Assembly: GCF_006345805.1 (NCBI RefSeq) | Contig: NC_043000.1 | Coordinates: forward strand, 160,022,001 to 160,086,000 | Reading direction: 5' to 3' | Origin: Octopus sinensis | Lineage: Eukaryota | DNA length: 64,000 nucleotides | Shown: positions 36,711-50,700 of the stretch, in pieces | How positions within the stretch are numbered: the stretch's first letter is position 1 | How the letters are laid out: every line of letters starts with the position of its first letter | Made by a program: the position numbers and the translations under genes | Notes under the pieces: generated by a model | Databases searched by the model: none | The model's input: the letters and a program-made list of their open reading frames with translations, nothing else | Told to the model about the DNA's origin: nothing

Positions 36711-37193
36711 ATGGCTAAAACAAAGGAAAAGTGTACTTCCGTGAAATTCTGTTTTCTGCTGAGGAAAATGGCGGCCGAAACTGTTGTCATGCTTCAGACA
36801 GTTTACAGGGAGCAGAGCACAAGTTTACGAGTGGTTTTCACGCTTTAGGAATGGTCAGTTGTTGCAATTATCTACGCCCCGAATGAATGAAAACATCCCT
36901 AAAATTCATGAGCTGCTCTTCAAGAAACCCGGCTGAGCAATTGACGAACTTGTTGATATGATTGGGTTGTCTTGGATCTCCTGTCAATTAATTTTGAGCG
37001 AGGAAGTGTAAATGAAAAGAGTTGCAGCAAAATTTCTGCCTCTCTTGCTCCCTGAAGATCAAAAGCAATCAGGACGGAATGCGTGTCGTGAAATGAAGGA
37101 ACTGAAAGAAATTGAACCAGGCCTTTCTTCGAAGGTCGTCACTGGTGATGAAAATTAGCGCTACGGTTACGACTACGGAAACGAAGCAGCAAT
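36711..37193 (+). mobile_element. Mariner (Tc1/mariner) transposase pseudogene, N-terminal half
   Basis: VKFCFLLRKMAAETVVMLQTVY, RAQVYEWFSRFRNG, MKRVAAKFLPLLLPEDQKQ, KVVTGDEN*RYGYD (first D of the catalytic triad); frameshifts and stops. Confidence 0.88.
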
Positions 37194-37544
37194 ATTCTTA
37201 TACGCTACTTATCCCTCTTTTTAACGGTGGTTACATTAATCTGTAGTTCACCCCACGCTTGAACGAAATATACGGATCAACAAGAGAAATTTTACTAGTT
37301 CACTCGATCAATTTAAATTAATAACCAAATCGCCCTCGCACTACATTATACAATCCTAACGATCCAGGAAACATAAATAAAGGACGTGATAATTACCAAT
37401 GGAATGTCTTTAATTGACGTTCTTCTTGCTCAACTTGATCTTGGGGTTGAACAACATCAACAAGAACAGCGACAAGATACAGGATTTCATTTTGGCCTGA
37501 TTCTCGCAGACATTCTGGTCCTTTGTCTATCAATTCTTGTGACT

Positions 37545-37947
37545 TCACTTTCACTCTTTTACTCTTTTACTTGTTTCAATTATTTGACTGCGGCCATGGT
37601 GGAGCACAGCCTTTAGTCGAGCAAATCGATCCCAGGACTTATTTTTGGTAAGTATTCTATTGGTCTCTTTTCCCGAACCGCTAAGTTACGGGGCCAAATA
37701 CACACCAGCATCGGTTGTCAAGCGATTTCGGGGGGACAAACGCAGACACACATACACACATATATACATATATACATATATACGACGGGTTTCTTTTCAG
37801 TTTCCGTCAACCAAAGCCGCTCACAAGGCTTTGGTCGGCTCGAGGATATAGTTGAAGACACTTGCCCAAGGTGCCACGCAGTGGGAATGAGCACGGAACC
37901 GTGTGGTTGGTAAGCAAGCTCCTTACCACACAGCCACTCCTGCGCCT
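37545..37947 (-). mobile_element. SINE family A, full length
   Basis: Same structure as 10833-11248. Confidence 0.9.
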
Positions 37948-38134
37948 ATTAACCTTTATATTATAGAAGATATTGCTGGCAAAAATCAAAAATATATATA
38001 ACCCGAAAGAGATTCACGTTGAAATTTAAAATATATATATATATATATAATCCAAAGGAAGGCTGGCTCTTTGTCCAGCAATAAAAGGACGTAGCAGTTG
38101 GTTTTGGCTAGAAATCAAAAACGAAGGGAAATAA

Positions 38135-38300
38135 AAACGAAGAAATAATATTTCGATTATATCGACCTCAGTTTTCAACTGGCATTTATTTTATCTACCT
38201 CGAAAGGGTGAAAAGCAAAGTTGACCTTGCTGTCATTTGAACTCAGAACGTTAAGACCGACGAAATACCGCTAAGCACTGTGCTCAGCGTGCTAACAAAA
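38135..38300 (-). mobile_element. SINE family B, diverged
   Basis: gaaagggtgaaaagcaaagttgacc...atttgaactcagaacg...gacgaaatacc. Confidence 0.75.
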
Positions 38301-38956
38301 GTACAAATAATATTGCTATTGGAAATAGGTTTACATTTACAAGTTTCTTTTCAGATTTCAGCCAGATTCTTGAATGGAATGGTGCGGCAAGATGTAAAAG
38401 CTGTTGGTGTAGTTGTTGTTAAGATCAACGAGAAAGCCCTTCTGTTGCAATCGCTTAAATTTCTAGAAATAGTAGCTAAATTCTTTTCAAACTACAGCAC
38501 AGTATCATAAATATAGGACATAGGCGATTTAACCGTTCATATACAAAAAGGACGTGAGCGTCACACCTTTGATCTTGATTTCAATTAGGGCTGAACTAGA
38601 GCAATATGCATATTTGTTATTTTATTGCTAAGCTATTAAGCTTATCAATTCATCATAGATTTTTTGGCGCGCAGTAAAGTAAATATTTTTGTTTTGGGAG
38701 GATCTAAAATAAATATCGACATATAATACATGACTTACATGCCACGATCGTGATAATTTGACAGTTATGTCGGTAAAAACATGTTTTCTGCTTAGAGCAT
38801 GAAGCAGCCAAAGTATATTCGAATTTATTGTAAAAGAATAAATATTAGTCGAATATTAACGTTGTACAATTCAGACATGGCTGTGAAAATGTTTCTGTTT
38901 GTTAGAGAGTTCCTCGATAAATCATGTCTTATGCCGATTAAAGTACTGCTGCAAAT

Positions 38957-38972
38957 ACTACTACTACTGCCG

Positions 38973-39004
<32 letters not shown>

Positions 39005-39008
39005 GATG

Positions 39009-39057
<49 letters not shown>
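38957..39057. repeat. (CTA)n(ATA)n compound microsatellite
   Basis: Direct reading. Confidence 0.97.
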
Positions 39058-40135
39058 GGGGATTTTATAACCAAATAAATAGTGGAGAACGAAGTAGTGA
39101 AGCTGAAAATACCTAATGGAGAAGGAGTTAGAAAGTTCTGGAGTAATATTTGGGATAAGATAGTCAATCATAATGGAGATGCAGTATGTATAAAAATTTG
39201 AGGGAAGAAGTAGTGAGTAAGAAGCAACCAGATCTAAGATTAACTAGTGTATTAATGAGTAAAGTGTGAGGAAAAATGCCGAATTTGAAGAGCCCAGGAC
39301 GAAAAAGAAATTTAGTAGTTTACATGGGAGGCTGACGGAATAACTTCAGGATTGAATTAATAGAGGAATCATTCCAGATTGGGGAGTAGATGGAGGACAA
39401 TGTTCATCATGAAAGATAAAAGCAAGGTTAATACAGCTAGCAACTATAGACCAATCACGTGCTTACCATTAATATGGAAGCTGTTAACGGTAATAATATT
39501 AAGAAAGCATTTACGAGTATCTTGAGAACCAGTATTTGCTGCTGGGAGAACAGAAATGTTGCAGAAAGAAGGCTAGAAGTATGCGTGATCTATTATACAT
39601 AGACAAAGCAGTTCTACATAAAGTAAAAGTTAGAAAGGAAACTCTAACAATCACATGGACAGATTATAGGAAAGCGTATGACATGATTCCACACTCATGG
39701 TTAAGTGGATGTTTGAGTATATTCAGTATAGCAGAGCTACATTCGGTATAGGGAGCTATGTAGAAAGCTGGAATTTCAACATACTGATGAATGGTATGAA
39801 CACGAACCTAGTAAAGTACTAGAAAGTAAGAAATATACGATGTTGTGAGATTTTAACATTCAGACTGACAGAGAAATAGAAGGTAGAGGGTCTGATATAG
39901 TAGTAGTACATAAAGAGTATAGAAAGTGCCAGATAATTGACTTTACAGTCCCAAATTAGGAAAAAGTTAATATGAGAAGTATAGAAAAAATAGCAAACTA
40001 AGCAAAACAAATCTGTTGGTAAGGTGCAGTCCTACAAGGAACTGTTGACACGCGCTTTGTGTTTGTGATCAGAATCAGCAAGGTTTAGTGCGCAGCACAT
40101 CCTCATATTAAGAGGCGTTATTTGATATAGGCCTC
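39057..40135 (+). mobile_element. R4/Dong-clade non-LTR retrotransposon fragment (RT + restriction-like endonuclease), internally deleted
   Basis: KFWSNIW, MPNLKSPG, NYRPITCLPLIWKLLT, EQKCCRK..RDLLYIDKAV..WTDYRKAYDMIPHSW, then WYEHEP..*DFNIQTDREIEGRGSDIVVVHK..CQIIDFTVPN..EK (PD-D/ExK type). Confidence 0.85.
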
Positions 40136-40379
40136 ATTAACTCAAAATGGAATTTATTTAGCGAGATTAAGTATGTAAAGCTGATAGTAATACTTTAAGA
40201 CAGGCCTCAAAAAGTAAACCTACCGCTATATCTCAAGTAGTTATAACAAGATAACTAAATTCAAAATAATGTGACTATCTCTCTCAACTGAACGCTCACC
40301 TAGAAAAGTGTCATTAGCCATCACCATCAACATAATCAACTTTATTATCAACGATAATAAATGAATAAATGTGAGATAT

Positions 40380-40850
40380 GTTAGCGGCATATTTATGGTT
40401 GACCCTATGTATAGAGCTGTAGAATTGTGTAACGTGTTGAGGACAGTGCATTTATAAATTACATTAGATCTACAATGGGTTTCTAGGGGGCAAATGGACA
40501 CAGGACGGCAGTTACAAGTGGGTACATTTTGAGGTTTATTTTCAGGATCGGAAGAAGTAATACTGTCAGAGAAGAGGTCAGATATGGGGGTAGAAATGTC
40601 TAAGTTATTAGTATTATTATTACTATTATCGTTATTATTACTATCGTTCTTTATTGTATCTGTAATGGTAGTGGAATTTGTGGTTGTATTCTGGATAGTG
40701 GTAGTAGGATAGGTTGGGTTGAGTTTGTGGTCTAACGTATGAGATTCAATGTTTGAGATGTGAACATGTTGGGCGCTCGTGTATTCAGAGTTGTCATAGA
40801 GTGAGATTTGATAGTAGAGAGAAAGCGTTTGTTTATTAGAGGCTGCTATG
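40380..40850 (-). mobile_element. Penelope/Poseidon-type GIY-YIG fragment
   Basis: Minus strand TCNCRPVSICPLETHCRSNVIYKCTVLNTLHNSTALYIGST. Confidence 0.78.
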
Positions 40851-40899
40851 ATAGACTAAGGATTTAGCGTTTCTTAACGTTTCTAATATAAATAAATAT

Positions 40900-40941
<42 letters not shown>

Positions 40942-42799
40942 TACAGAAAATGAAAGAGAGAAGAAGAGAGCTAGAGTGAGAGAGAGGGGGGAGAGAGAGA
41001 AAGTAGAGAGTGATATATAGAAAATCGGATACCTAGTTTGTCAGAGAGGATAATTAGTTTAGAAGGGTATGGTCTGTAAAATATTCAAGTAATAAATTAA
41101 GTGAATAAGAACAATGCGAACATATATGCTTCAAGCATAAGCCATAATGTTTTTAAACAGAGAATAACATGGAGAATAATGTTTTAGAAGGAAATTATCA
41201 TGATTCGCTTTAATCTAGTGAAGAAACTTCTACGTTAAATAATTTAAGTTCTCGCGTTTGAGTGCAATGAATAACGTCCTATACTCGTTAACCGTAAGTT
41301 TCCTATGCGTACTTGTGTGTATGTATTTGAGTAACTATTTACTCTGTGTACTTATGAGTAATGTGTGGCTTGTATGCATTTCCCAATGTTTCTGTATTAT
41401 TTGCCTTAAGAATATTGTTTTACGGCATACATAAACACGGAGTTAGTGTAAAAATACCTTCTCCATATATTGACTTCATACTAGCACAAAACTCTGACTC
41501 ACATTCTATGAACCATATTGTTTGCGGAATGGCTTTAATGAAATTAGCCGACCAATATTTTATGCACGTGCCCTGTTTTCGATCTGGCTAACCGCATTTA
41601 TACACATACAAGCGCGCACACTAAGATAGACACGCGCTCACACACACATACATACATAATACACGCACACACGCGCACATATAACACACGCACGAACACA
41701 CACAATTATCTATGACTACTATACATACATATATGTATATGTGTATCTAAATATGTATTTATGTATGTATAATTCTGTTATGAATGATTCTACAGGAAAC
41801 GCCATATATTATAATTGCTTGCATGCAATAATGTTGTTCAAACGCAAAGTGGCCTTTGAGCCCGTCCAAGCTTTTAATTTTCTCGTTTTCTTCCCACAAA
41901 CGCACGGTATTTGAAGCGCCAGGAATGATTAAAAATAGGCGTTACAGGGTTAAATATGTACAGCAATCTTAGCTTCTAATTACAGTTTGCATCCCACGAG
42001 TATATGCATGTATTTGAGTGTTTGAGATTGCATGTTTTACGTATGTGTGTGTGTGTGTGTTTGTGCGTATATGGATTCGTTTCTTGGGATCAAACGAATG
42101 GATCACACAGTATTCATTTCATCCAGATTCACATAAGCTACGTAAACATTCCATTGTACAGTGAGGGCTAGCTGTTGTATTTGTGGAGATACTTAAAAAA
42201 AAAATGTTCCTTTCATCATGCGTTGTTATCGACTCTTGATTATTCTAACGAAGTAAATAGCGCAGTTCTTTTCAAAACATATTTCTTTCAATGGGGAAAT
42301 GGCGAGCTTTTATGTATTAAACTTCGGCACCTTTGTGCCATCATCTATGACCAATATTTTCACATATCTATTCAATAGCACTTGGCGGCATTTTGGAAGA
42401 GTTTCGCATATATTATCTACAGGAACTAGTGACAGTACGTGGTTATTCGCATTGCAAGGGTTAGCAAACCAAAAATCTCCCTAAAATAAGATGTATTGAG
42501 TAATAAATTCTGGATTACACATTTCTGAAAGAAGGTGTCATGGTCGTGATTTCGATCCTATTCATCAATGTTATGCTTCAACGGCGTCGCTTAGGGCTAA
42601 AGAGATACAACAATAACAACAACATTAGCAAGAACGACAATGGAAAGACGATACCTGTTTTCTAACGGTTATCTGAAAATGTTCAAACCTATATAAGTGA
42701 GACAGTAGTTTGAAAGGAGAATAATCTACAGCGTTAGTCTATTTCCTATACAACTATCTAAAATGTGCAGTCCTCCCAAATAATATTTTTTAAAATATA

Positions 42800-42945
42800 G
42801 TAACAAGACCTTAAATTTTGGGCACAATACTAAGTCGGTTATATCGACCACAGTGCTCAACTGGTACTAACTGTATCAACACTGAAAGGAATGAAAGCGA
42901 TGTTGACTTTGGCGGCATTTGACCTCAAACGTAAACCTGGAAGCT
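42800..42945 (-). mobile_element. SINE family B, diverged
   Basis: atcgaccacagtgctcaactggtact...gaaaggaatgaaagcg.tgttgactttggcggcatttgacctca. Confidence 0.68.
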
Positions 42946-44489
42946 ACCTTGTTCAGTAATTTTTTGGCGCAGTAACGAGAGTGCTAGTTTGCTGCCTTCT
43001 CCTAAATAAACAAACATTTACTACATTTCACCGCACAACATGCCCCTATAGTTTCACACGTGTGTATTGCTGATTCTGTTTACAATGAGAAATTTTGATT
43101 AAAATGTTAAGAAAGGAATCAGAAATTGAACCAAGTGTTTCCACTTTCAAGGAAAGAGCCTACTGTTTTCACAAAAATCACATCCTTCTGATGTTCTAAC
43201 GATTATTTAGCAATTTTATTGATCCTTGTGTGGCATAGGCTAAATGAAGTTTCATAGGATGTGTAAGAGGGAATTAGATTTGTAGTGATGAATGCTTATT
43301 ATACACTGAACTCCCGCCCCTAACCAGTCATACACATGCACGCACTCATACAAGCACAGAAATACAAAGTTCTCATGCAGATACGAGCGGATAGAAAGAC
43401 ATGAAAAGCAACTCAACGAAGATATAATGACAAAGATATCTGGGAGGCAATGTATAGACTGCATTTTGCTGAGGAGTCCTAATAATATTAAAACGAGTCG
43501 ATAGCTGCCGCTGCAAGTGATTGGGTACACTCGATACCCTGGATATCGCCATTTAATTTCATTTGACTGAAATTGAAATAGTCACCTCTCTTGACTGTTT
43601 CAGGAATAATTTAGGGTTATAAATTCAATTAAGTATTTTCTCCATCTCACCTCTTCATGTTTGTTAATTTGCTCTTACCTCTATATTTATGAAATATAAA
43701 AGACGAGTACGATAATTATCTAGGTTGTTAATTTAATTTACCTATTCGACGAAATATGAGTCACACACACGAGGTATAAAATAATTCCTTTAGTCGTTCT
43801 GAGATCTTAGTAACAGATAATGTGGTCTTTGCTCCACTAAGTCCAGCAAGAAAGATACAACCTCGCAGTTGTCACAATGCCTGCCAAAGCTTATACTAAA
43901 TCAGTCAACCTCTGCATATTTCCAGTTAATTCATGAGTGATCGAAATTAAATGAATTGTCACCATTACCCTTTCTGAAAATAATTTCATTAAGAACGCTC
44001 CATGCAAATTACGACGCTCCATGCAAATTATTATATTTTCTTTTGCTAATGCGCATGCCATGTTCATAGTAATTTATACATCGGACATAAATATAAGAAC
44101 AATTGTTTTATGTCAATTATTAACTCGCTTTTTTTTGAGAATCGGTAACGTGATAATAGGAATCTCAGTTTGTATATTGAAACTAAGAACCTTGCTTTAT
44201 ATATTGGCAAAAAGATAGAAATATCAGTGCGGAAAAGGTATATAGGTATTTCGAACAAATCTACGTCGGATATATTTACCGTCCAATCGCACAGAAGTAT
44301 TCCAGTCGTTATCGTCATCGTAAAGTCGAGCTGGATCCTTCGGAAACCTGTATATATCTGGAACGCAGCAACCATGGTTATTACAGGGTTCTTGAACCGA
44401 CTATCTGCGACATATGACCATACAATGGTTGATCGAATGGCCATAATTGTACAAAGAAAATTAAAACCCGTCTTTTTCCAAGAAATTTG

Positions 44490-44914
44490 GGATCTTTACG
44501 ATTTGAACGGCAGTTCCTTCTAGCAGTGTCATATGAAATTGTCACCCATAATTATGACCCAAGTATCGATCTATTGCTTTTCAATCTGTTTTAGAGTTAG
44601 GGTTAGGGTTAGGGGTTGGGGGAAGGGTATCTTTTTTTTCTTCACAAATGTAAATAAACCCAATCTGTTTCTTAGACGAGGGACATATTCATACGGCACA
44701 GAATGTTTAATACCTCAATGGACGTCATTGATTGGTTGAAATTGCAGAAATTGAAGAAAAAAAAACAACAAATATCTTACAAACAATAGAATTTTCTCAA
44801 TAAAGCCAAGAGAAAAAGATGTTTTATAAACACATTCTACCAGTATACGAAGTTTAAAATTTTTTAGTTACGAGTAAATTCTGTTAAAAGCTGCCGTTCA
44901 AACCGAAAAGATCC
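44490..44914. mobile_element. TTAGGG-bearing MITE, copy 3
   Basis: Same TIRs (left one slightly diverged); perfect 8-bp TSD GAAATTTG. Confidence 0.92.
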
Positions 44915-46174
44915 GAAATTTGGTCAAGTTTGATTTTAAAATATATTACCAAATTTCACACGCGAGATATGTAATGCGTAGAAATATCATTTATTTATTA
45001 AGCTTTTATTAAATGAAAGCAAATTCTACATTTGCAGATATTGAACCTACGACGTACTGAGATAAAAGTGAATGGCGAATTGTATCTAGCACGGCATGTT
45101 GGCATCTTTGTCAGTTTCATGTCCTTTTACAATTATTAATAGTTAAATGAAAAGCAATTACAATGTAGATACAAACATTGAAAAACACGATAATTTATTT
45201 TCAAAAATAATGTTTGTTCGAATCAATGTAATATTTTATTAGTCTTTTTGAGAATATCATAAGCAAATTTCAAATAATAATATTTTAATTTTAACTTCCC
45301 TGTTTTGATAAAACTAGCGTTCCTATTAAATTGTACAAATTGTATATTCCCTATTGATAGTTACAATATATCATAGGGAACGATATAACATTCATTCTAA
45401 CGAGATAGTGATCTGTTGGAGAAGCCAGCATGAGGTGACGACAAATACTTTCTCTTTTATGAGAGATTATATAATTTTTTGGCTATTATTGTATCATTGA
45501 AAAATGAAGTCATCTTACAATAAATGAGATATCTAAACAAGATATCTTTAACAATCAAATATGAATATTGAATTATCTTATTGTCAATTTAGAAAAAAGA
45601 ACAAGCATAAGAAAGCAGAGTAGCTAAGTCAAAGGCTTATACATATACGGTATTTAGTTACATACTTCTAAGTTCGAATTACATCGGTGTCAACATTATA
45701 TATTTTACCTGTGTGGGGCGAAAGAAATTTGTCACTAATACATTAAAATGCGGTTGAATGTATTCTCTCACCAAACATCGATGCTAAAATGCATTTTACT
45801 ATAGAGAAAAATGTTCGGAATATTTAAAATGTTTTGAAAAGGGGGAAAAAGGATCTGAACTTTCCATCTGATACTAAAGATTTTTTAATGCAAATTGTAC
45901 GGTACAGCATGCTGTTCCTCTGATTGAGCAGACATGTATGTTCGACAACTGATAATCGCATTTTCTGTTGTGTATGGAAAAGCAAAGCAAAACTAAACAA
46001 AACAGAACCAAAATATCTTTCTTTGTTTAAAGTGCTTAGGTATGATTTGAGACGGGTTTAGTGAATCGAGCGACCACGTAGACGTTGCCACTCGTAACCG
46101 ACGGTCAGATGCAAAGCGCGTATGATTTGGTTGCATGTACTGTACTATATCACGATAATTATTTTAGATACCTA

Positions 46175-46428
46175 TATAGACAGGAACATACATAGATACT
46201 CTCTCGGCCCTCCCATGCATGTAACAGAAAGCGGGACGTAGATCTGTGACAGCAAAAAAGATAAAAGTTGTCCCAGCTTGTGCTGGTACTCATCTTCAAC
46301 TGAATAGTCAGGAGAATCAAGAAATGAAATAACTAGTGAAGGACACAACTTGCCACCCAGTGTAAGAACCGGAAACACGACCTTATGATCACGAGTCCAA
46401 CGCCCGTTATCACTTGACTACGCACCTA
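46175..46428 (-). mobile_element. Diverged tRNA-derived SINE
   Basis: Minus strand aggtgcgtagtcaagtgat...ggactcgtgatcataaggtcgtgtttccggttc...gttgtgtccttc parallels the family C head. Confidence 0.55.
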
Positions 46429-47673
46429 CGTATTTATTATATTTACCGTATGGTACTGCTAACGGTAAATATAACCGAATGAATAAAATATTAGTGGGCT
46501 TGTACAGTTTGTTTTCAAGAAATATAGAGTTTTTGTCTCGTTATGGCTCCGACTACCTGTAGGGAAGAAATACGTCCAAATAAGTCCAATAAGTTACCCG
46601 CACAAATCTAATAAGAAAATTTTACGGCCACCTTCCATTGTAACTCCGCCAAAGAGAGTATAACATACTTTCTCATTTGCTCCGCTAGAATTTTGACTAG
46701 ACTATAACCCCACCAATAGGTTGCAAAAAGGCTGTCAATACTTGATCTAGTTGCTACTTCGAATCTCCCGTTAAATGGTCGACATAATATTCTAGAAATC
46801 GCAATTTAGAGCTGCTACATATTTCATCTCTGTCTCCTGAGTAATGAAAATACGAAGTAAATACAAAATCTCAACTATGGATCCTGGAAGGTAAAACAAA
46901 ACAATATTATGAATAAAAATAGATATATTTTGGTTCAACGCATGCCTTTTTATTCAAGAAAGGACAAATCCAATTTTGTGACGGTCTCGGTTTTCTTACA
47001 GCTACTAGAGATTTAATTACATGGATTGTTGTAAGCATTCAATGAAATTAGCATTGTCGTTCCGTTTGTCAGGAGGTTATCGCATATTCTTCTGTGTTCT
47101 ATATAAATGCGTAAAGAATTGTTAAGGACTAATTGAAAACCGGCAGCAAAAGTAGGTATAGAAATTGAAAAATGCAATCATTCTTTCTCAAAACCACTGC
47201 TCGCCTGATTCAAAAAGCTACTCTAATCTTTCTCTTTCACTCACTTTTATTTTAAATATTTTGATAAATTTGGGCTCTAATAGTGTTATCAGAATTGGAA
47301 AAGCAATAATTTCTGTTCTTATATCTAATTTTCTTTCCTATTAAACCGTCTGAATTTCATATTACAGAGATATGTATAATGCGTGATATATCATACAGGT
47401 ATGCATAATAAACTTCACATAACGATATAATTTTCGATATAATAAGATTGAGAATAGGGTTATGAACTAACATCAATTCACATACATATAATGCATATAT
47501 TAGTCCACACATCAATACATCCTTTATTATGAAACTTCTATCTTCTATTATTGCCCTTTTGAACATGAATAACTTATTTTGCAATATAGTGGCAACATTT
47601 TAATACATGTCACTTAAATAAAAATGTAGATATGTTATTTATTGTTACATTGTAATAAACAAGATACTTTCAT

Positions 47674-47706
<33 letters not shown>

Positions 47707-50700
47707 ATATATATACATACAACACAAATATTTCAATTTAACTTTTGAATCTGATGTGATAATAAAGTTGAATACTCGTTTGCTTTCTTAATTCAAAATA
47801 TAAATATTTTCTGTTAAACACATATACAACTCATTGAGTCTGAAGCGATTTTGAATATTGGCAGAAGGTTTAAAATTAGTTGAAGGAAATAGTCGGTTAG
47901 GTCGATGGTAATATATGACAAGTACTTGTGGTATCGATCTCACCTGGATGCGCCATGGAACGTAAAAAATAAATTAATTTGCATTAACTTTGTTCTTGGA
48001 CTCCCTAGTAATTCTAACGCATTCCACCCTCATCTATACAGTTTCTAATAATGATGCAACTGTATGAAACCTTATATTACTGGTATATAAAAAGCGCACG
48101 AGTATAATCATTACTCTCAAGCTACACCAAGCTCTTCCACACTGGTAAGATCATCTTATCTGATGTTCGATAACTCAGTCAACTCTTGTTGATTGATATA
48201 CCTCGGATGGCTGACTTTTACAACTCTGAAGAAACAATAAAGTTAGTGTACATATATTCCCAGCACTGTTGCACGTCATTTCATCGTTGCCTTTGAATCT
48301 CGCAATGTCTTCCAGGGTTTTCAAATTTACCACAGATGTTGTTATCTCTCTTTAACAGCTGTCGAACTCATGTCACCTGGTGACCTCTACTTCGTTGTAG
48401 CTCCTTATTTTCTCATTTACCTGCTTGTAATCTATATTATTCCTTATTTCCCTTTAATGTACGATTATCGACTTCCTTATTTGATACCTTCAAAAGGCTT
48501 CTCCAATACATGGTATTGCTTGGTGCATTCAGCCTGACCTCTTATTCAAACTAAAAACAAATTTATATACACTACCTTTGAAATGTTTATTCTTACTCAT
48601 TGATTTTACAAATTATCACTAGATTTCTTACTTCATATTATTAACTTTAATTAGTGAAGTGTGTATTGAAGACACTTAAGAACAATGAGAAAAATAGAAG
48701 CAGTTGTGACTGGGTAATTAGTCGTATGTAATATGAGATTAAGTTCAAATGTCTGCACTGAGAGATATTTGTGCAGCATCTGTTCATAGAGGCATCAATG
48801 TTCAGTAAGTAGTTGAAAAGGCGTAGAACATTTCACAATTGGCCAGCATTGCAGAGGGATGTGTAATATCTTAAAATTCTCTGCGAAATACTGTTTCAAT
48901 CCACGATTGGAACCAGCTAACTTTACTCTCGCTCGCAATGCCCTTTAGAGGCGTCTATTATAGACTAACAGCATAGTGTTTAAGTCAAAATTCAATACTT
49001 TTCAAATAAACGAGTAATATTTGGCAAAGTCTTAAAAGGAGCATATGAAATGCCTTACACTTTTTCTCGGATATCTATGTCCTGAATTACCATTTCATTA
49101 CGTTTGATTTTTGTCTCTGTTTCGCATTACCAACAATTTAAGAACCCAAATTCTTACCAGAATTCATTCCGTCATTTATCCATACTCACTAAATTCCTAA
49201 GGAAGAAAGCAATATCTAAATTATTTTATCTATTTACTGTTTTGAAAAAAAAATAAGTCACGAGTGTAAGACCGCATACCACACATCCATCCGCTATCAG
49301 TTTAAAATAAAAATTAATATCATAGAAGTTGTAGTTTTTGCTGTTGTTCTTTTACAAGTCGGCTATGATTGATCCTGTAATGAAATACATTCTAGATGTG
49401 ATACTTCCATCCATTTATTCTTGATACAGCATATTCTGAATGCCTAATACTTTATATTTTGTATACTCTAGATTACATTTACCGCTTTGCTTTCCCTTTT
49501 TTAGATGGCAATGTGGAAAACTATTTGGCTGCTATTTCTAGCAAGCCAAAAACCACATCCATGCTTTTAGTTGGTTATTGCAGATTAATATTGTCGGAGT
49601 TTACTCAACCATAGTTTTCTATGAAACTAGCTTTCTTCGTTAAATATATTAAAAAAATATTCCTGTATTTCACACGAGAAGACATATTACTAAAAAAAAA
49701 AGGAATCCTCGAATACTACACACACCCTTTCCTACTCTTTCTATCAGACGCACACACACACTAATGAACATCTCAATAATATTTACAAGTTTTTTTTTAT
49801 TATATTGACATCACATGTTTAAAATATCAACGATGACTGTATTTGGTTTGATCTGTTTATTTTGTTAGCAGAGCATGTGTTTGGATTGACCCTTATCAAT
49901 TAAATCATTTATTGACTGTCTCATAAATCATATTTTGGGACTTTGTGCGATACCCTGATATTTTACCAACTCAATCAAATTCATTTCCTTATTTGAAGCG
50001 GTTTTATGTTCATATTTAACTGATATTCATCGTGTCATCGATTTTATAAGTGGGCATTTCAAAAACGTACACAATAAATGCAAGTACATTAAAAGTATTT
50101 GCTGCGCCGTATTTTTACCATCATTTTGAGACGCAAAGTAGATCAATATAAACACAGAAAGCAAAGGGGAAATAATGTCATATAAGTTCTATGATCTACA
50201 GTTTGGTGCAATTTTAACACCTCATTAACAAAGAAATATTAGCGCCTGTTCTTTAGTTCACCCTTCCTCTTTCTTCATTTTACATACACACGCGCACACA
50301 TCCACCAAGTTCACAAACATATACACGTTTACAAATGCGTACACACATACATAAAAAGACTAACGACAAAATATGAACGGAGTCGCTCGACTAACCAAGC
50401 ATTAAATAATAGGTAAATCTCATTTAGTCACATCCTGCTATACTTAAAAAGGAAATGTTCCTTGGTTAACGTAGTCCCTGGTACACAAAATCTGCATGAA
50501 AAACGAGATGGTTACAGTTGGGATGACTTTGCAAACAAAATACTTCATCGCAGCTGACTGATATGGAAGCTAAACATCATCAACAGAAGTCTTACAAACA
50601 GAGGAGCGCACACGCACACGTGGATACACAATCATACATATGTGTTGTGCGTGTGTGTATGCATGTGCGAGAAAATCAGGATGGCAGTGAGAGGGTAGAG

